IMG/VR virus record: IMGVR_UViG_3300027763_000029
Length of the DNA stretch: 64,000 nucleotides
Source of the DNA: a virus
Reading direction: 5' to 3' (one strand)
Position numbers and translations under genes: made by a program
Notes under the pieces: model-generated
What the model was told of the DNA's origin: nothing
Databases searched by the model: none
The model's input: only the letters and a program-made list of their open reading frames with translations
Part shown: in pieces, positions 1 through 12,368 of the stretch
Numbering within the stretch: the stretch's first letter is position 1
How the letters are laid out: the number at the start of each line of letters is the position of its first letter

Positions 1-1035
1 AATCCAATCTGCCGGATTTAAATCAATATTCGGTCCAGTATATTTGATAATACTAATTGGTTTATTTAAAATTACTGACGAATTATTAGAGTATGGAGCT
101 GTTTGCTGTAATAAGACATAATCTGGTCTTTCGCTTTTGCTAATAACAAGATAGTTTTTGTGGGGTTCTAAAATCTCTAATGAATTAGATTGAATATCTG
201 GATCATACTCGACATATCCTTTTCCATCTTCTGATATTCCAATTATTTTTTCTATTTGAGATAATACATTACCTCCTAAACTATCAATATTTATAGACTC
301 TATGCTTGATGATGATGGATATGCTTCTGTCGGAATGTCGATAGTTGAATTAGTATACCCTCTACTAAATCCATTAGTTATTCTAAAATCATCGATATAA
401 CCTTTAAAATAAGCATTAGCACCAAAATAATAAGTCATAAAACCCATCGATTGATCAAAAGAATATTCAGTATTATCAATTATTGTATTGCTTCTTTTTA
501 TACCATCAATATAAAGTCTATTTGATGATCCTGATCTGGAAATAGCAAAGTGCTGCCACTTATTATTTAATAAATAGCTGTTTAGATTTGTAAAACTTAA
601 TTGATAATTTACTATTCCAGCACCTAGTTTCAATTCTCCTGATGAACAATTTAAATAAATACCATTATCAGATCCTGATATTGGCTTTAGAATATATCCA
701 CTATCTGTAAAGTCCGCCTTCTTCATCCACCATTCGATAGCAAAATCTCCAGTTAAAGATACTGATTGTGTTCCATTTAATGTAAAGTATCCATTTGAAT
801 AAGGTCCAAGATTAGGATTATAAAAACTTCCAGAACCAAATACCTTATCAGATGAAGATATACCTGCTGTAGAATTAGCCGTAACAGAACGATTATATAT
901 TGATGAATCAGTAAGCGAATTTCCACTTAATAATAAAGCAACTTGAGAATAATATGGATCAGTATTACCAGTATAAGTAAAAAAACAATATTTGCTATTA
1001 ATTAGTAATGGTTTTGGATAAAAGCAATTATTCAT
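1..1035 (-). CDS. Modular virion adhesin/fibre protein, 3'-truncated by window edge; LamG-like domain inserted into shared domain A
   Basis: Not in the ORF track. Manual translation from ATG at 1035 (MNNCFYPKPLLINSKYCFFTYTGNT-DPYYSQVALLLSG...GDFAIEWW...WQHFAISR...YIDDFRIT...IEKIIGISEDGKGY...) stays open to position 1. Confidence 0.85.
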   Translation of the reverse strand, partial: MNNCFYPKPLLINSKYCFFTYTGNTDPYYSQVALLLSGNSLTDSSIYNRSVTANSTAGISSSDKVFGSGSFYNPNLGPYSNGYFTLNGTQSVSLTGDFAIEWWMKKADFTDSGYILKPISGSDNGIYLNCSSGELKLGAGIVNYQLSFTNLNSYLLNNKWQHFAISRSGSSNRLYIDGIKRSNTIIDNTEYSFDQSMGFMTYYFGANAYFKGYIDDFRITNGFSRGYTNSTIDIPTEAYPSSSSIESINIDSLGGNVLSQIEKIIGISEDGKGYVEYDPDIQSNSLEILEPHKNYLVISKSERPDYVLLQQTAPYSNNSSVILNKPISIIKYTGPNIDLNPADWI

Positions 1036-1048
1036 AATATTTATGTCT

Positions 1049-4000
1049 CTAGTATATTGGCTCAAACTGTATCATTGAGAAGGTATTTGCAAATAGACCT
1101 ATTCCAGGAGAATTTGATCCATAAAGAGATATTCTATTTATCATAGTAGGATAACGATTTAATGTGTCAAAATAGAACTCCCTTGATGTTGTACTAATTG
1201 TTAGTTGAGATTGTGATATATAAAAACCTCCACTAAAAGTATTTACATATATTGACTGGCCACCATTTACTGCATCTTGCCATCCTGTGGTAAGAGGACC
1301 AAAAGCATACTTAAAGCCTCTTATAGGAGTCCAAACAGGGAAAACAACAGATATCTTAAAACCGTCTCTTTCTGTGTGAGTATTTATATATGTATTATAA
1401 TCTTGAGTAGATAAATATCTGTATCTAGTATTGTCATTTAAGAAACTCAATAATGGAGGATATGTTGTTTGGTTGACAACAGATGCTCTAGACATATCTG
1501 GATAGTTCGATTCAACACTGCTCCAACCATATCCGTCTATTATTGGTTGTCCAAAATTATCTAAATAATAGGGGGTGGGGTAGTAGGGCGGGGCTACTCT
1601 GTAGATAGGAACACGAACACCAAAACTAAAACTCTTCTGATAAAAATATTCATTAACAATATAAGGTCTTGGAGTGCGTGTTGGGGTTGATGTTATTGCT
1701 GGCGTTGGCGTGAATGGTGGTGTTGGAGAAACAGATGGTGTTGGATATGGTGTTTGAGATAGAGATGGGGTTGGTGTTGGTACATTTAGATAGTCTACAA
1801 CTAACTCAACAGGCATTGTATTTGATATGTCGTCAAATATTTGTAAAACAACTATACCTCCATTATTACCCACCGAATCATAGTAACCAACAAATAGATT
1901 ATCTTCCAAATTACAAGTATTACAATTCTTCTCAGACGCTATTGCTATAGACGTTACTATTTTACCTGGAATATTTAGATTTATGATATTAACTATTTGA
2001 TCAGAATCTGTATTGATGCATGCTACTTTATTGGTGTCTAATAAAACATATAGTATATTTTTATGGTATTCCATAGCAACTGGTTTTGCATTATCTGCGA
2101 AAGGTACACGATATAAGCTATTAGCAACCCAGTTCTCTACAAAAACTTCTTGAGTATTATTTTGATTGGCGGTCTCTGATAGTACATGAACGCCTGGATT
2201 ATCTCCTATATCAGATATATATACTTTTCCGTTAGTTCTCATATACGAAGAATTATTACCATAGAAATATTTTGCATTATTATTCGGACAAAGAACTTGG
2301 CCTGGTTCACTACCTTCTGGCAACATGCAATACCTATTAGATATAGCATTTGTTCCATATATAAAAATAACTGGTACAAGTTTCCATATTTTTGTAAGAT
2401 CTGGTTGAGCAAAAAATGCTCTTACAAGAGCAGCAACATAAACACATCCCGCGGTTGAACTATAGTCCAAACCCCTAGCATAAGTACCACCAATAGTATT
2501 TCTTATATTAGTTTTGAAAAACTCACTATTAGTAAATGGTCTTTCTGGATCGTTAGAGTAGAAAAAAGATCCATAGTCTATTCTGCAGTCATTACTGGTA
2601 TTATTGCTGGAACAGAAAGCAGATTCTCCTGGTAGCCAATATTGTCGATCCAAACTTAGTCCTACAGTTTTATTATTTGTTCCCATCATTGTTTGTTGAA
2701 GAGCAATTCCTACGTAGCCTGCATTATGATATTGCCCGGTTGGGAATCTGGAGTCTTCTAGATTACTAATATCGAAAGAATTAGAACCGTATGGTGCACT
2801 TATTCCAATGAAATTTGTTCCTTTGTTTTTAGTGTATCCACCAGTTGAAGAAAAAAATGTTGGGTCAGTAGTACCATAAAGTAATCCATATGATGTCGAA
2901 CCAGTTTCGTCAAAAAATTTAGCAGAGGTCAATCTGTGTATTTTCTTTTCCGTTAGTCCATAATAAGAACCTATATATAGACTATTATTTATTCTATATG
3001 CATTATTAAATTTTATTACATCTTTAATTTCACACCTTAATAATCCTCGACCATATTTAGGACTAAAGTTTAAAAGATGATTATCCGGTACACCAACATA
3101 GCTTGAAAGGTGTTTATCGGAAGCTATCGCTTGAACACCACCACTAACATTTATAATTCCTCTTAATGAAAATTGAGTAATATTTATTGGGGTTGGAGAA
3201 GGACTTGGTGTTGGATATGGCGTTGGTGTTTTGGTTGGTGGTAAGGTTGCTACTATTCTGGACGTACCATCTCCTACCGCATTAGCACTTACGCAATATG
3301 GAATATCATCGGTCTGAGTGGCATAAGACCAATAGCCAGCGTCGGTACCTATTGCTTTATAATATGCTGCTTTATACCATTCATTCCAGGTAGGAATATA
3401 ATATTTTGCTGTGGTATTTCTGGATCTATTACCAGATGTTGCACCACTTATACTGTATGCTCCAGTCTCAGTGGTACTATTATTCTGAGGTCCTATTGGT
3501 TTGCTATTATGCAACCAGTTTGCGTATCTTGCAGCACTAAGCCAGCTAACAAAATTAACAGGTTTATTACCATAGTTTGTTTTAGTCGAATATGAGTAGC
3601 TTCCATCGCCTCCTGATCGGTTTATACCTCCTAATGATCCAGACATATTGGTATCGTATACTCCATATAAGTCTGTGATTGCAATAGCATTCAAGAATTG
3701 AACATATTCGCTATTAGTAATCTCATATTTTTGTATCATATATGAATATGGAACGCTTCCTTTTCTGAATCCTGTAGTATCAGGAGCATTATTTGGATCT
3801 CCAACGGACATAAAATTAGAATAATTATTAGGATTAGTTAAAGTTGCTAAACGAAAGCCTATATAAGAACGTCTATCATTAGATCCGGTGCCAGATATTA
3901 AGTTTTTATTATTAATTGAAGTGTCTGAATAATTACCCCCAGTATAACAATATGAGCCAATACTAGGCGATTCATCGATCCATTCATCTATATTACCATC

Positions 4001-7000
4001 CATATCGTAAACGCCATAAGCACTTGGTCCGCCGTTAGTTCCAACAGTAGTTAGATTTCCGCTTGTGCCATTCCAAATAGCACAGCGACTCCAGTTTATA
4101 CTATTAGCTCCAATTATACGCGGAGTTAGTGTTGGAGTTATTGTTGGCGTTGATGCTGGCGTTCGTGTCGGTGTTGAAGTTACGGTAGGCGTAGATGTTA
4201 TAGCTGAAGTTTGTGTCTGAGTTACTGTTGTTGTTGACGTTACTGTTGGTGTTTTTGTTGGAGTTTGAGTTGCTGTTGATGTTCTGGTTGGAGTTGGTGT
4301 TGGCGTTGCAAATGAACCATCTCCAATACTATTAGATATTATCCGATCTGGCTGACTATTGCTCTGTGTAGCATAAGTCCAATATCCCGCATTGGTACTG
4401 CCTCCTTTATAATACGCGGCCTTGTACCATTCATTTTCGGTTGGAATATAATATTTTGCTCCAATTTTTCTTGATACAGTGTCTGTTCGTGCTGTTTTAC
4501 CATTTAAAGCGTATGCTCCATCTTCAGTGGTACTACTATTTTGAAGTCCAGATGGTTTACCATTATGCAACCAATTGCAGTAACGAGCAGCATCAAACCA
4601 ATTCACATAGTTTACCGGCTTGTTGCCGTAATTATTTTTTACAGTATAAGAAAAGCTTCCACTAGCTCCTGATTGGATTATCCCTCCTGGAGTACTAGCA
4701 TAACCCATCAGATAAAAATACAATTGATATGTATCAGTTGCAGCAATAGCATTTAAAAATTCAGCATACTCACTATTAGTAATTTCATATTTACCTATAT
4801 GATACTCATATGCTACTGCTCCCCTACCAATACTTCCATACGTATTCAAAGTATCAGCAAGATTATTAGCGTCTCCAACGACTACAAAATTAGAATAATT
4901 ATAAGGATTATTAGAGCTTGAGATACGAAAACCATACTGACTGGTCTTTGAAACTGGATTATCGAATCCTCCTCCGTAAGATGATGTGAAAGGAATAGTA
5001 ATATTAAATGCTCCACCCCTTATCTGCTTATCGGCATATGTATTGGTGCCGTCATAATCGTTCCATTCTTGAACATTGCCGTCCATATCATAAGTGCCAT
5101 AAGCGCTTGGTCCACCATTGCTTCCAACCGAAGATACATTTCCATTTTTATTATCCCAAACTACATAATTGTTGTAGTTAGCAGTATTAGCACCAAAAAT
5201 ACGCGATGTTGGTGTTGGCGTAGGTGTTTTTGTTTGACTAATTGTTGGCGTTATAGTGGGTGTTATAGCAGGTGTCTGAGTCGTTGTTGGAGTTACTGTA
5301 TTGGTTGGTGTTAATGTCACTGTTGGGGTGATCGTTGATGTTTTTGTAGCTGTTATAGTAGCTGTTTGTGTGGCTGTGACTGTTGGGGTTATTGTTGATG
5401 TTACTGTTGAAGTAAGGGTTGGAGTAACCGTTAATGTTCGAGTAATGGTTTTTGTTATTGTCTGAGTGTTTGTGGGAGTTGTCGTAGAGGTAATTGTTGG
5501 CGTTATCGTTGAAGTAAGAGTGGGAGTAGAGGTTAATGTTGGAGTAGTAGTTTTTGTTATCGTAGGAGTGGTTGTTGGTGTTATTGTTTGGGTTCTTGTT
5601 GGACTAATAGTATTAGTTTGGGTTATGGTTGTAGTAACTGTGGATGTAATGGTTGGAGTAACAGTTTGAGTGAGAGTTGGAGTTGGACTAATTGGAGTAG
5701 CTGTGATAGTTGACGTAACGGTTGGAGTAACTGTCTGAGTGGACGTTGGTGTTGGGCTAATTGGAGTAGCTGTAACAGTTGGAGTAACAGTTGGAGTGAG
5801 GGTTCTAGTTGCTGTTGATGTTACTGTGTTAGTTGGAGTTACGGTTGTTGTTGCTGTTCTTGTTACTGTTGGAGTAAATGTTGGACTCACAGTATTGGTG
5901 GGCGTTATTGTTGATGTTATAGACGGAGTAACAGTTGAAGTAGGCGTTAGTGATTGAGTAACAGTTTGAGTTACCGTTGAGGTTGTTGTAACAGTTGGAG
6001 TTGCTGTTGATGTTACTGTGTTAGTTGGAGTTACGGTTGATGTTGCTGTTATTGTTACTGTTGGAGTAAATGTTGGACTCACAGTATTGGTGGGCGTTAT
6101 TGTTGATGTTATAGATGGAGTAACAGTTGAGGTAGCGGTTAGTGATTGAGTAACCGTTTGGGTTACTGTTGATGTTACTGTAGTAGTTGGAGTTACGGTT
6201 GATGTTACTGTGTTAGTTGGGGTTACTGTTAATGTTGGCGTTATTGTTGATGTTACTGTATTGGTTGGAGTTAATGTCGGAGTTACTGTGTTAGTCGGAG
6301 TTAATGTGGGAGTTTCTTTGTTAGTTGGTGTTATTGTTGTAGTTGCCGTAACTGTTGGCGTTATTGTGGAAGTTGCTGTATTAGTTGGTGTTATTGAGTT
6401 TGTTGGCGTAAAAGTTGGAGTTATCGTTGGAGTAACCGTTGAACTGACCGTTACTGTTGGCGTAATTGTTGGAGTTACTGTCGGAGTTTTAGTAGCCGCA
6501 GGAGTTGATGTTGAAGTTGGTGTTCTTGTTGGAGTTGTTGTATTGGTTGGTGTGGGGGTTGGACTTGCTAATGGACCATAACCTATATTATTTACATTTA
6601 TCCCATATGGAGCACTATTACTCTGAGTAGCATACTGCCAATAGCCAGCGTCGGTACCTCCTCCTTTATAGTAAGCTGCTTTAAACCATTCATTTTTAGT
6701 TGGTATACAGTATTTTGCTCCAACTTTTCTCGTTGTACTAGTTCCACTACCTATTCCATTTAGAGCATAAGCTCCATCTTCAGTGGTGCTGCTATCTTGA
6801 ATTCCATTTGGTTTGTTGTTGTGCAACCAGTTTGCATAGCGAGCAGTATCAAACCAACTAACATAATTAACGGGTTTATTTTCATAATTATTTTTAGTTG
6901 AATAAGTATAACTGCCACTAATTCCTGATCGCAATATGCCTCCACCAGCAGCTGCCATATTAATATCATATAGTCCATATGTATCAGTTGTTGCAACTGC

Positions 7001-10000
7001 GTTCAAAAATTCAGCATATTCACTATTTGTTACTTCGTATTTCTGTATATAATATTGATATGAAACAGTTCCATTGTTAGTATAAATATCTGGACTATTA
7101 TTAATGTCTTCAATACTCAAAAAATTTGAATAATTATAGGGATTACTCAAACTTGTTAAACGAAAACCTATATATTGTTGGCTATTTGCTGGATTTTCTG
7201 ATATAGTAGTTTGATTATTTGCTGATAAAATATTAATAAAATCACCACCAAGTATTGTACGAAGATAGGTATTAAAAATACCTTCGCTCCATTCCTGAAC
7301 ATTTCCGTTCATATCATAAGCCCCATAAGCGCTGGGACCACCGTTACTTCCAACAGTAGTTACGTTTCCATTTCTACCATCCCAAACTGCTGAGTTATAT
7401 GTATTAGCAGTATTAGCTCCTATAATACGTGGAGTTGGTGTTGGTGTTGAAGTTAATGTTGGAGTAATTGTTGCTGTTTTGGTAATCGTTGGTGTTAGTG
7501 TTGAAGTTGCTGTAATGGTTGGTGTTGCTGTTGACGTTAATGTTTTTGTTGGCGTAACCGTTGATGTTAATGTTTTTGTTGGCGTAACCGTTGATGTTAA
7601 TGTATTCGTTGGAGTAAAGGTTGGACTTATGGTATTGGTTGGTGTTATTGTGGGAGTTAATGTAGATGTTGATGTTACTGTGGGAGTAATTGTAGAAGTA
7701 GGGGTTGGTGTTGATGTTGATCCAACTGTTGGTGTTACTGTTGTAGTCGCCGTTATTGTTGGAGTAACCGTTTCAGTTGGCGTTACTGTTGGAGTAACAG
7801 TTTCAGTTGGTGTTACTGTTGGAGTAGCAGTCAATGTTTTAGTGACTGTTACTGTAACTGTTGGGGTTACTGTAGCTGTTGGGCTTTCTGTAATTGTTGG
7901 AGTTACCGTAGAGGTTACGGTTGGAGTAGGAGTTTCTGTTTCTGTAATAGTAGGAGTAGGAGTTACCGTTGAAGTTGCCGTAACTGTTGGGGTAGCAGTT
8001 TGGCTTTCCGTAATAGTAGGAGTTAGTGTTGGTGTTACTGTTGGAGTAGCAGTCAATGTTTCAGTGACTGTTACTGTAACTGTTGGGGTTACTGTTGTAG
8101 TCGCCGTTATTGTTGGAGTAACCGTTTCAGTTGGCGTTACTGTTGGAGTAGGAGTTTCTGTTTCTGTAATAGTAGGAGTAGGAGTTACCGTTGAAGTTGC
8201 CGTAACTGTTGGGGTAGCAGTTTGGCTTTCCGTAATAGTAGGAGTTAGTGTTGGTGTGACTGTAGATGTAGCAGTAACGGTTGGTGTCACTGTAGTTGTT
8301 GGACTTGGCGTTAATGTTTGTGTCTTAGTGGTGGTAATAGTTGGTGTTGGAGTTAAGGTCTGTGTTCTAGTAACAGTTGGGGTTAGTGTATACATATCTC
8401 CAATATTAAAAGCAAATCCACTACTCTCATCTCCGGCATTTCTAGTTCCATAATCAGCAGAAACAGATATTTTTGATCCTTGGGTTGTCGTAAATTTCCA
8501 ATTAACGCTCTCATAAGTCCAGCTTCCAAAACCATTTAAATCTCCCTCATTATATCCTCCGATATCTTGTCCAGAACTAAACTGAGATCCATTAGAGGAA
8601 CTCAAAACTCCGCTTGGATTATATAGTGTTCCGCTACCACTAAAATCTGAAAATACTAAGGATCCAGCCGGATAAGTTCCATTACTAAGATCAGGATCAA
8701 TAGAAGTTCGGTTTCCTGGTCCTATGTTCCTCTCATTACCAGCACCAAATATCTGAAGTCCTTGTAAATTAAATATAGAAGAAAATTCAGGATCAATAGA
8801 ACCAGAAACAGTATAGGAAAATCTACTAAATCCATACCTTGTTGTGTCATAGCCAGGAGTAGACATCTTCATAACCACAGATAATCCAATATTAGGATAT
8901 CTTGGATTCTGTAAGTTAGATACTTCAAGAGTAATATCTTGGGCCGGAGTTGGTTGTCCAGCTTTGATATCAACAATATTCCAATCTAAATCGTTTAAAA
9001 ACCATGAGCCAATTCTTCTTCCTTTATGTACAATCAAACCGTCAGCAGAATTTGTAGAAACCGAAGAAACCGTATAAAGAATTCCATTAGTAGCACAATC
9101 TGATCCATTGCCAGATAAACTAGCACAAATAGGCTCCGGAACAATATCACTCTGAGTAGCATACAGCCAGTATCCAGCATCTGTTCCTGACACCTTGTAA
9201 TATGCTGCTTTGTACCATTCGTCTTCTGTTGGAAGATTATATCTTGCATTTGGATTTAAATCAATGAAATCTCCATCAGTAGCACCAAAAAGAGAGTATG
9301 CTCCATCTTCTGTGGTGGTCTCGTCTTGAATTCCACTTGGCTTACCGTTATGTAGCCAATTGCAGTATCTTGCAGCGTCAAACCAATTTGTCCAAATAAC
9401 CGGCTTATTTCCATAGTTTGATATTGTGATACTTGATGCATGTTCCGCATGGAGTCTGGTGGTTCTTTCAGCGTATGAATAATTCCCGGACGTTCCGGTT
9501 CTTGTTATTCCACCAACAGCATAATTATTACTTGGATATGACACACCCATATTAGTATTATATACTGAATAAGTATCATCTGATGCTATAGCATTTAAAA
9601 ACTCAATATACTCATCGTTGGTGGTTTCGTATTTTTTAATCTTATAGTCATAATTTACTGATCCAAATCCTGTCAAATCTGCAAGATTACCAGAGCTATT
9701 AACGTCCACAAAATCATTAAATAAATAGGGATTAGATTTACTAGCAACACGAAATCCTGTATTTCCACTATCATAATTAGGATGAACTAGAGCTCCACGA
9801 TATAATGAATTTATAGTACTAGCATTACTAGACCAATTAGCTCCTCCAGATTTTATTGAAGAATCATTTTTCCATTCTAATGTATTACCACTCATATCAA
9901 AAACGCCATAAGCACTAGCTCCACCAGCACTACCAACGGTAATAACGTTTCCATTTCTATCATCCCAATTAGCACATCTATTAAAATTAGCAGTATTTGA

Positions 10001-12310
10001 GCCTTTTATATATGGTAAAGGAATATTATTTGGACCACATAGATCTCTAAAGCCAACCCCAAGAGGGTTTTCGGGAGTAATACTTGTTACTAAATCAACT
10101 GTAGTTAATTGTCCCGTGATTAAAGATATGGTATACCATTGCCCGGTTTCAAATGATGAAGTATAAAGTATAGAATTGGTGCAATCAAAAGAATTTTGTA
10201 GTCTAACACCCATTGAGCTTTTGATTATATTGAAAGAAGACCTCGGATTATTAATGTCTAATGAATAAAAATATCCAGTATTCACATTTGCATAAAGTAT
10301 TCCAGTATCTTGATTAATAGAAATATCACCAAAAGTATTATCGGCACCAATACTTATATTAGTATTTATTGCCTCTATTGAGAGTATGGTAGGAATTTCT
10401 GATGAATAATCAAAACGAACTCTGATTAGGGTTGTTCTATCGTAATAAGAAACACTAGTAGCACCCATAAAAAAGAATACTGAGTCATCATAGTAACAAG
10501 CGCCAGATGGACCCACTGTCATACCTAATGATCCAAGAGTGCTTACATTGCCTAAAGATACAAATTTATTATCCAAATTCCAAAAGTATAGTTCTCCAGT
10601 ATTACCTGGCTTGAACATGAATAAATGTTTTCTTATTGGATCAAAAGACATAGAATTAGCAGAAGTAAAACCGGTATCAAATACTGGAATATAAGTTCTA
10701 TCTGCTGTATTTATCTGCCATATAATACCATTATTATCTACTCCATATAAAAATGATAGTAGTTCTTCGTATTCAATAACATAATTAGTAATTGGTAAAC
10801 CGCCAGTAAAACTTGGAGCATCCCAAGATAATGCTAATTCGTGGGTGGCTGAAGTTGCTGTTAAATGAATAGGAGCGTCTGGAATTACTGCTGGTGTTGG
10901 GGTAACTGTGGCTGTTGGAGTTAGTGTGCATGAAGCAGTCTGGCTAATAGTTTGCGTTATTGTGCAAGTATTGGTGGGTGTTAAGGTACAAGTTTCTGTT
11001 GGAGTATTTGTATTTGTTGGAGTGACTGATGCTGTCGGAGTAAGCGTACAACTATTAGTAGGAGTAAAAGTGGGAGTATTGCTTTGAGTAAGAGTTGGTG
11101 TAACTGTAGAACTTTTAGTTATAGTGGGTGTTACTGTAGAGGTTTCACTAACGGTTGGAGTTAATGTAGAGGTTGGAGTAATGGTTGGAGTTATTGTTAG
11201 TGTGGCTGTAGATGTTGGAGTAACAGTTAATGTTTCTGTGGGTGTTTTAGTGACCGTTACTGTTAATGTTGGTGTTACAGTAGACGTGGGGCTTATAGTT
11301 GGAGTTAATGTTTGTGTTAATGTGGGTGTTGGTGTGTTTGTTGAAGTTACTGTTGGGGTAACTGTTTTAGTTGGAGTTAGAGTAGCAGTTGGTGTGCAAA
11401 GATTATCTTGGTTATAATAACAATATGGTCCACTTCTATTTGAAGATAATGAGACACAAACTGGATCTTCATTGTACTGCGTAGCATATTTCCAATATCC
11501 GCTATTTCTTCCGTTACCTTTATAGTAAGCAGCCTTAATCCATTCATCTACAGTTGGTATCCAATACTTAGCACTATCATTCTTAGATATTATGCCATTA
11601 CTAGCGCCATATAAAGAATACGAACCATCTTCTGTTGTGCTATTATTTTGAGATCCAGATGGCTTATTATTATGAAGCCAGTTACAATATCTAGCGGCAC
11701 TATACCAACTGATATAGTTAACAGGCTTATTACCAAAATCTCCAACAGAATATACATAAAGTCCATTATCTATAGTTCTTTGTATTCCCCCATAAGTTCC
11801 AGCCATATTAGTACTATATAAATAGTATGTGTCCGATGCGCTGGCAACAGAGTTTAAAAAGACCGAATATTCATAATTAGTTATAGCATATTTGCTTATT
11901 AGATAAAAATAACCTATGCTTCCTAAACCTTCGTTATCTGGAGAATTTTCAATATCGTTTATCTCAACAAAATTATTAACACTATCTAAATTTGAACATA
12001 CTCTGAATCCAAGCGTTGATGATATTGATGATGGGGTTGAATATGGTCTATTTTTTAGATTAGCTAATGATGAGGTATAATTACCTCCAATATACGTCTT
12101 ATTAAAGTAAGATACTGTTGTATCTGTCCATTCATCAATATTTCCATTTTGGTCATAAGTGCCATAATAGCTTGGACCACCATTAGTTCCGACCGTGCTT
12201 ACATATCCTCCACAATTATTGAAGTTAGCATTATTAAATCCTCTATCGGGATTAATTACTATTGCGTTGGATATATAATTATTATCGGTCATTTTACAGT
12301 ATCTCTCCAT
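1049..12310 (-). CDS. Giant (~3750 aa) adhesin-like virion protein: 5 permuted FGE-sulfatase/CLec-fold domains, Thr/Pro linkers, partial Fn3, beta-propeller-like regions
   Basis: Five copies of GGPSxYGxYDxxGNxxEW...GFR...KYExTNxEYxxFLN...KPVxxxxWxxAARYxNWLHN...PTxxEWxKAAYYK, separated by long TPT repeats. The true start may be ATG 12292, which has GGAGA upstream. Confidence 0.85.
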   Translation of the reverse strand: MERYCKMTDNNYISNAIVINPDRGFNNANFNNCGGYVSTVGTNGGPSYYGTYDQNGNIDEWTDTTVSYFNKTYIGGNYTSSLANLKNRPYSTPSSISSTLGFRVCSNLDSVNNFVEINDIENSPDNEGLGSIGYFYLISKYAITNYEYSVFLNSVASASDTYYLYSTNMAGTYGGIQRTIDNGLYVYSVGDFGNKPVNYISWYSAARYCNWLHNNKPSGSQNNSTTEDGSYSLYGASNGIISKNDSAKYWIPTVDEWIKAAYYKGNGRNSGYWKYATQYNEDPVCVSLSSNRSGPYCYYNQDNLCTPTATLTPTKTVTPTVTSTNTPTPTLTQTLTPTISPTSTVTPTLTVTVTKTPTETLTVTPTSTATLTITPTITPTSTLTPTVSETSTVTPTITKSSTVTPTLTQSNTPTFTPTNSCTLTPTASVTPTNTNTPTETCTLTPTNTCTITQTISQTASCTLTPTATVTPTPAVIPDAPIHLTATSATHELALSWDAPSFTGGLPITNYVIEYEELLSFLYGVDNNGIIWQINTADRTYIPVFDTGFTSANSMSFDPIRKHLFMFKPGNTGELYFWNLDNKFVSLGNVSTLGSLGMTVGPSGACYYDDSVFFFMGATSVSYYDRTTLIRVRFDYSSEIPTILSIEAINTNISIGADNTFGDISINQDTGILYANVNTGYFYSLDINNPRSSFNIIKSSMGVRLQNSFDCTNSILYTSSFETGQWYTISLITGQLTTVDLVTSITPENPLGVGFRDLCGPNNIPLPYIKGSNTANFNRCANWDDRNGNVITVGSAGGASAYGVFDMSGNTLEWKNDSSIKSGGANWSSNASTINSLYRGALVHPNYDSGNTGFRVASKSNPYLFNDFVDVNSSGNLADLTGFGSVNYDYKIKKYETTNDEYIEFLNAIASDDTYSVYNTNMGVSYPSNNYAVGGITRTGTSGNYSYAERTTRLHAEHASSITISNYGNKPVIWTNWFDAARYCNWLHNGKPSGIQDETTTEDGAYSLFGATDGDFIDLNPNARYNLPTEDEWYKAAYYKVSGTDAGYWLYATQSDIVPEPICASLSGNGSDCATNGILYTVSSVSTNSADGLIVHKGRRIGSWFLNDLDWNIVDIKAGQPTPAQDITLEVSNLQNPRYPNIGLSVVMKMSTPGYDTTRYGFSRFSYTVSGSIDPEFSSIFNLQGLQIFGAGNERNIGPGNRTSIDPDLSNGTYPAGSLVFSDFSGSGTLYNPSGVLSSSNGSQFSSGQDIGGYNEGDLNGFGSWTYESVNWKFTTTQGSKISVSADYGTRNAGDESSGFAFNIGDMYTLTPTVTRTQTLTPTPTITTTKTQTLTPSPTTTVTPTVTATSTVTPTLTPTITESQTATPTVTATSTVTPTPTITETETPTPTVTPTETVTPTITATTTVTPTVTVTVTETLTATPTVTPTLTPTITESQTATPTVTATSTVTPTPTITETETPTPTVTSTVTPTITESPTATVTPTVTVTVTKTLTATPTVTPTETVTPTVTPTETVTPTITATTTVTPTVGSTSTPTPTSTITPTVTSTSTLTPTITPTNTISPTFTPTNTLTSTVTPTKTLTSTVTPTKTLTSTATPTITATSTLTPTITKTATITPTLTSTPTPTPRIIGANTANTYNSAVWDGRNGNVTTVGSNGGPSAYGAYDMNGNVQEWSEGIFNTYLRTILGGDFINILSANNQTTISENPANSQQYIGFRLTSLSNPYNYSNFLSIEDINNSPDIYTNNGTVSYQYYIQKYEVTNSEYAEFLNAVATTDTYGLYDINMAAAGGGILRSGISGSYTYSTKNNYENKPVNYVSWFDTARYANWLHNNKPNGIQDSSTTEDGAYALNGIGSGTSTTRKVGAKYCIPTKNEWFKAAYYKGGGTDAGYWQYATQSNSAPYGINVNNIGYGPLASPTPTPTNTTTPTRTPTSTSTPAATKTPTVTPTITPTVTVSSTVTPTITPTFTPTNSITPTNTATSTITPTVTATTTITPTNKETPTLTPTNTVTPTLTPTNTVTSTITPTLTVTPTNTVTSTVTPTTTVTSTVTQTVTQSLTATSTVTPSITSTITPTNTVSPTFTPTVTITATSTVTPTNTVTSTATPTVTTTSTVTQTVTQSLTPTSTVTPSITSTITPTNTVSPTFTPTVTRTATTTVTPTNTVTSTATRTLTPTVTPTVTATPISPTPTSTQTVTPTVTSTITATPISPTPTLTQTVTPTITSTVTTTITQTNTISPTRTQTITPTTTPTITKTTTPTLTSTPTLTSTITPTITSTTTPTNTQTITKTITRTLTVTPTLTSTVTSTITPTVTATQTATITATKTSTITPTVTLTPTNTVTPTTTQTPAITPTITPTISQTKTPTPTPTSRIFGANTANYNNYVVWDNKNGNVSSVGSNGGPSAYGTYDMDGNVQEWNDYDGTNTYADKQIRGGAFNITIPFTSSYGGGFDNPVSKTSQYGFRISSSNNPYNYSNFVVVGDANNLADTLNTYGSIGRGAVAYEYHIGKYEITNSEYAEFLNAIAATDTYQLYFYLMGYASTPGGIIQSGASGSFSYTVKNNYGNKPVNYVNWFDAARYCNWLHNGKPSGLQNSSTTEDGAYALNGKTARTDTVSRKIGAKYYIPTENEWYKAAYYKGGSTNAGYWTYATQSNSQPDRIISNSIGDGSFATPTPTPTRTSTATQTPTKTPTVTSTTTVTQTQTSAITSTPTVTSTPTRTPASTPTITPTLTPRIIGANSINWSRCAIWNGTSGNLTTVGTNGGPSAYGVYDMDGNIDEWIDESPSIGSYCYTGGNYSDTSINNKNLISGTGSNDRRSYIGFRLATLTNPNNYSNFMSVGDPNNAPDTTGFRKGSVPYSYMIQKYEITNSEYVQFLNAIAITDLYGVYDTNMSGSLGGINRSGGDGSYSYSTKTNYGNKPVNFVSWLSAARYANWLHNSKPIGPQNNSTTETGAYSISGATSGNRSRNTTAKYYIPTWNEWYKAAYYKAIGTDAGYWSYATQTDDIPYCVSANAVGDGTSRIVATLPPTKTPTPYPTPSPSPTPINITQFSLRGIINVSGGVQAIASDKHLSSYVGVPDNHLLNFSPKYGRGLLRCEIKDVIKFNNAYRINNSLYIGSYYGLTEKKIHRLTSAKFFDETGSTSYGLLYGTTDPTFFSSTGGYTKNKGTNFIGISAPYGSNSFDISNLEDSRFPTGQYHNAGYVGIALQQTMMGTNNKTVGLSLDRQYWLPGESAFCSSNNTSNDCRIDYGSFFYSNDPERPFTNSEFFKTNIRNTIGGTYARGLDYSSTAGCVYVAALVRAFFAQPDLTKIWKLVPVIFIYGTNAISNRYCMLPEGSEPGQVLCPNNNAKYFYGNNSSYMRTNGKVYISDIGDNPGVHVLSETANQNNTQEVFVENWVANSLYRVPFADNAKPVAMEYHKNILYVLLDTNKVACINTDSDQIVNIINLNIPGKIVTSIAIASEKNCNTCNLEDNLFVGYYDSVGNNGGIVVLQIFDDISNTMPVELVVDYLNVPTPTPSLSQTPYPTPSVSPTPPFTPTPAITSTPTRTPRPYIVNEYFYQKSFSFGVRVPIYRVAPPYYPTPYYLDNFGQPIIDGYGWSSVESNYPDMSRASVVNQTTYPPLLSFLNDNTRYRYLSTQDYNTYINTHTERDGFKISVVFPVWTPIRGFKYAFGPLTTGWQDAVNGGQSIYVNTFSGGFYISQSQLTISTTSREFYFDTLNRYPTMINRISLYGSNSPGIGLFANTFSMIQFEPIY
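5809..6170. repeat. Imperfect direct duplication, period 192 bp, inside a Thr/Pro stalk
   Basis: The block beginning gctgttgatgttactgtgttagttggagttacgg occurs at 5811 and 6003. Confidence 0.75.
7920..8257. repeat. 116-bp direct repeat (7920-8035 and 8142-8257) inside a Thr/Pro stalk
   Basis: The two copies are identical by eye; period 222 bp. Confidence 0.85.
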
Positions 12311-12368
12311 GCATTATTCATAATAAGCTCTTTATATTTATATGCAAATTGGTAAAATTGTATTTTTA

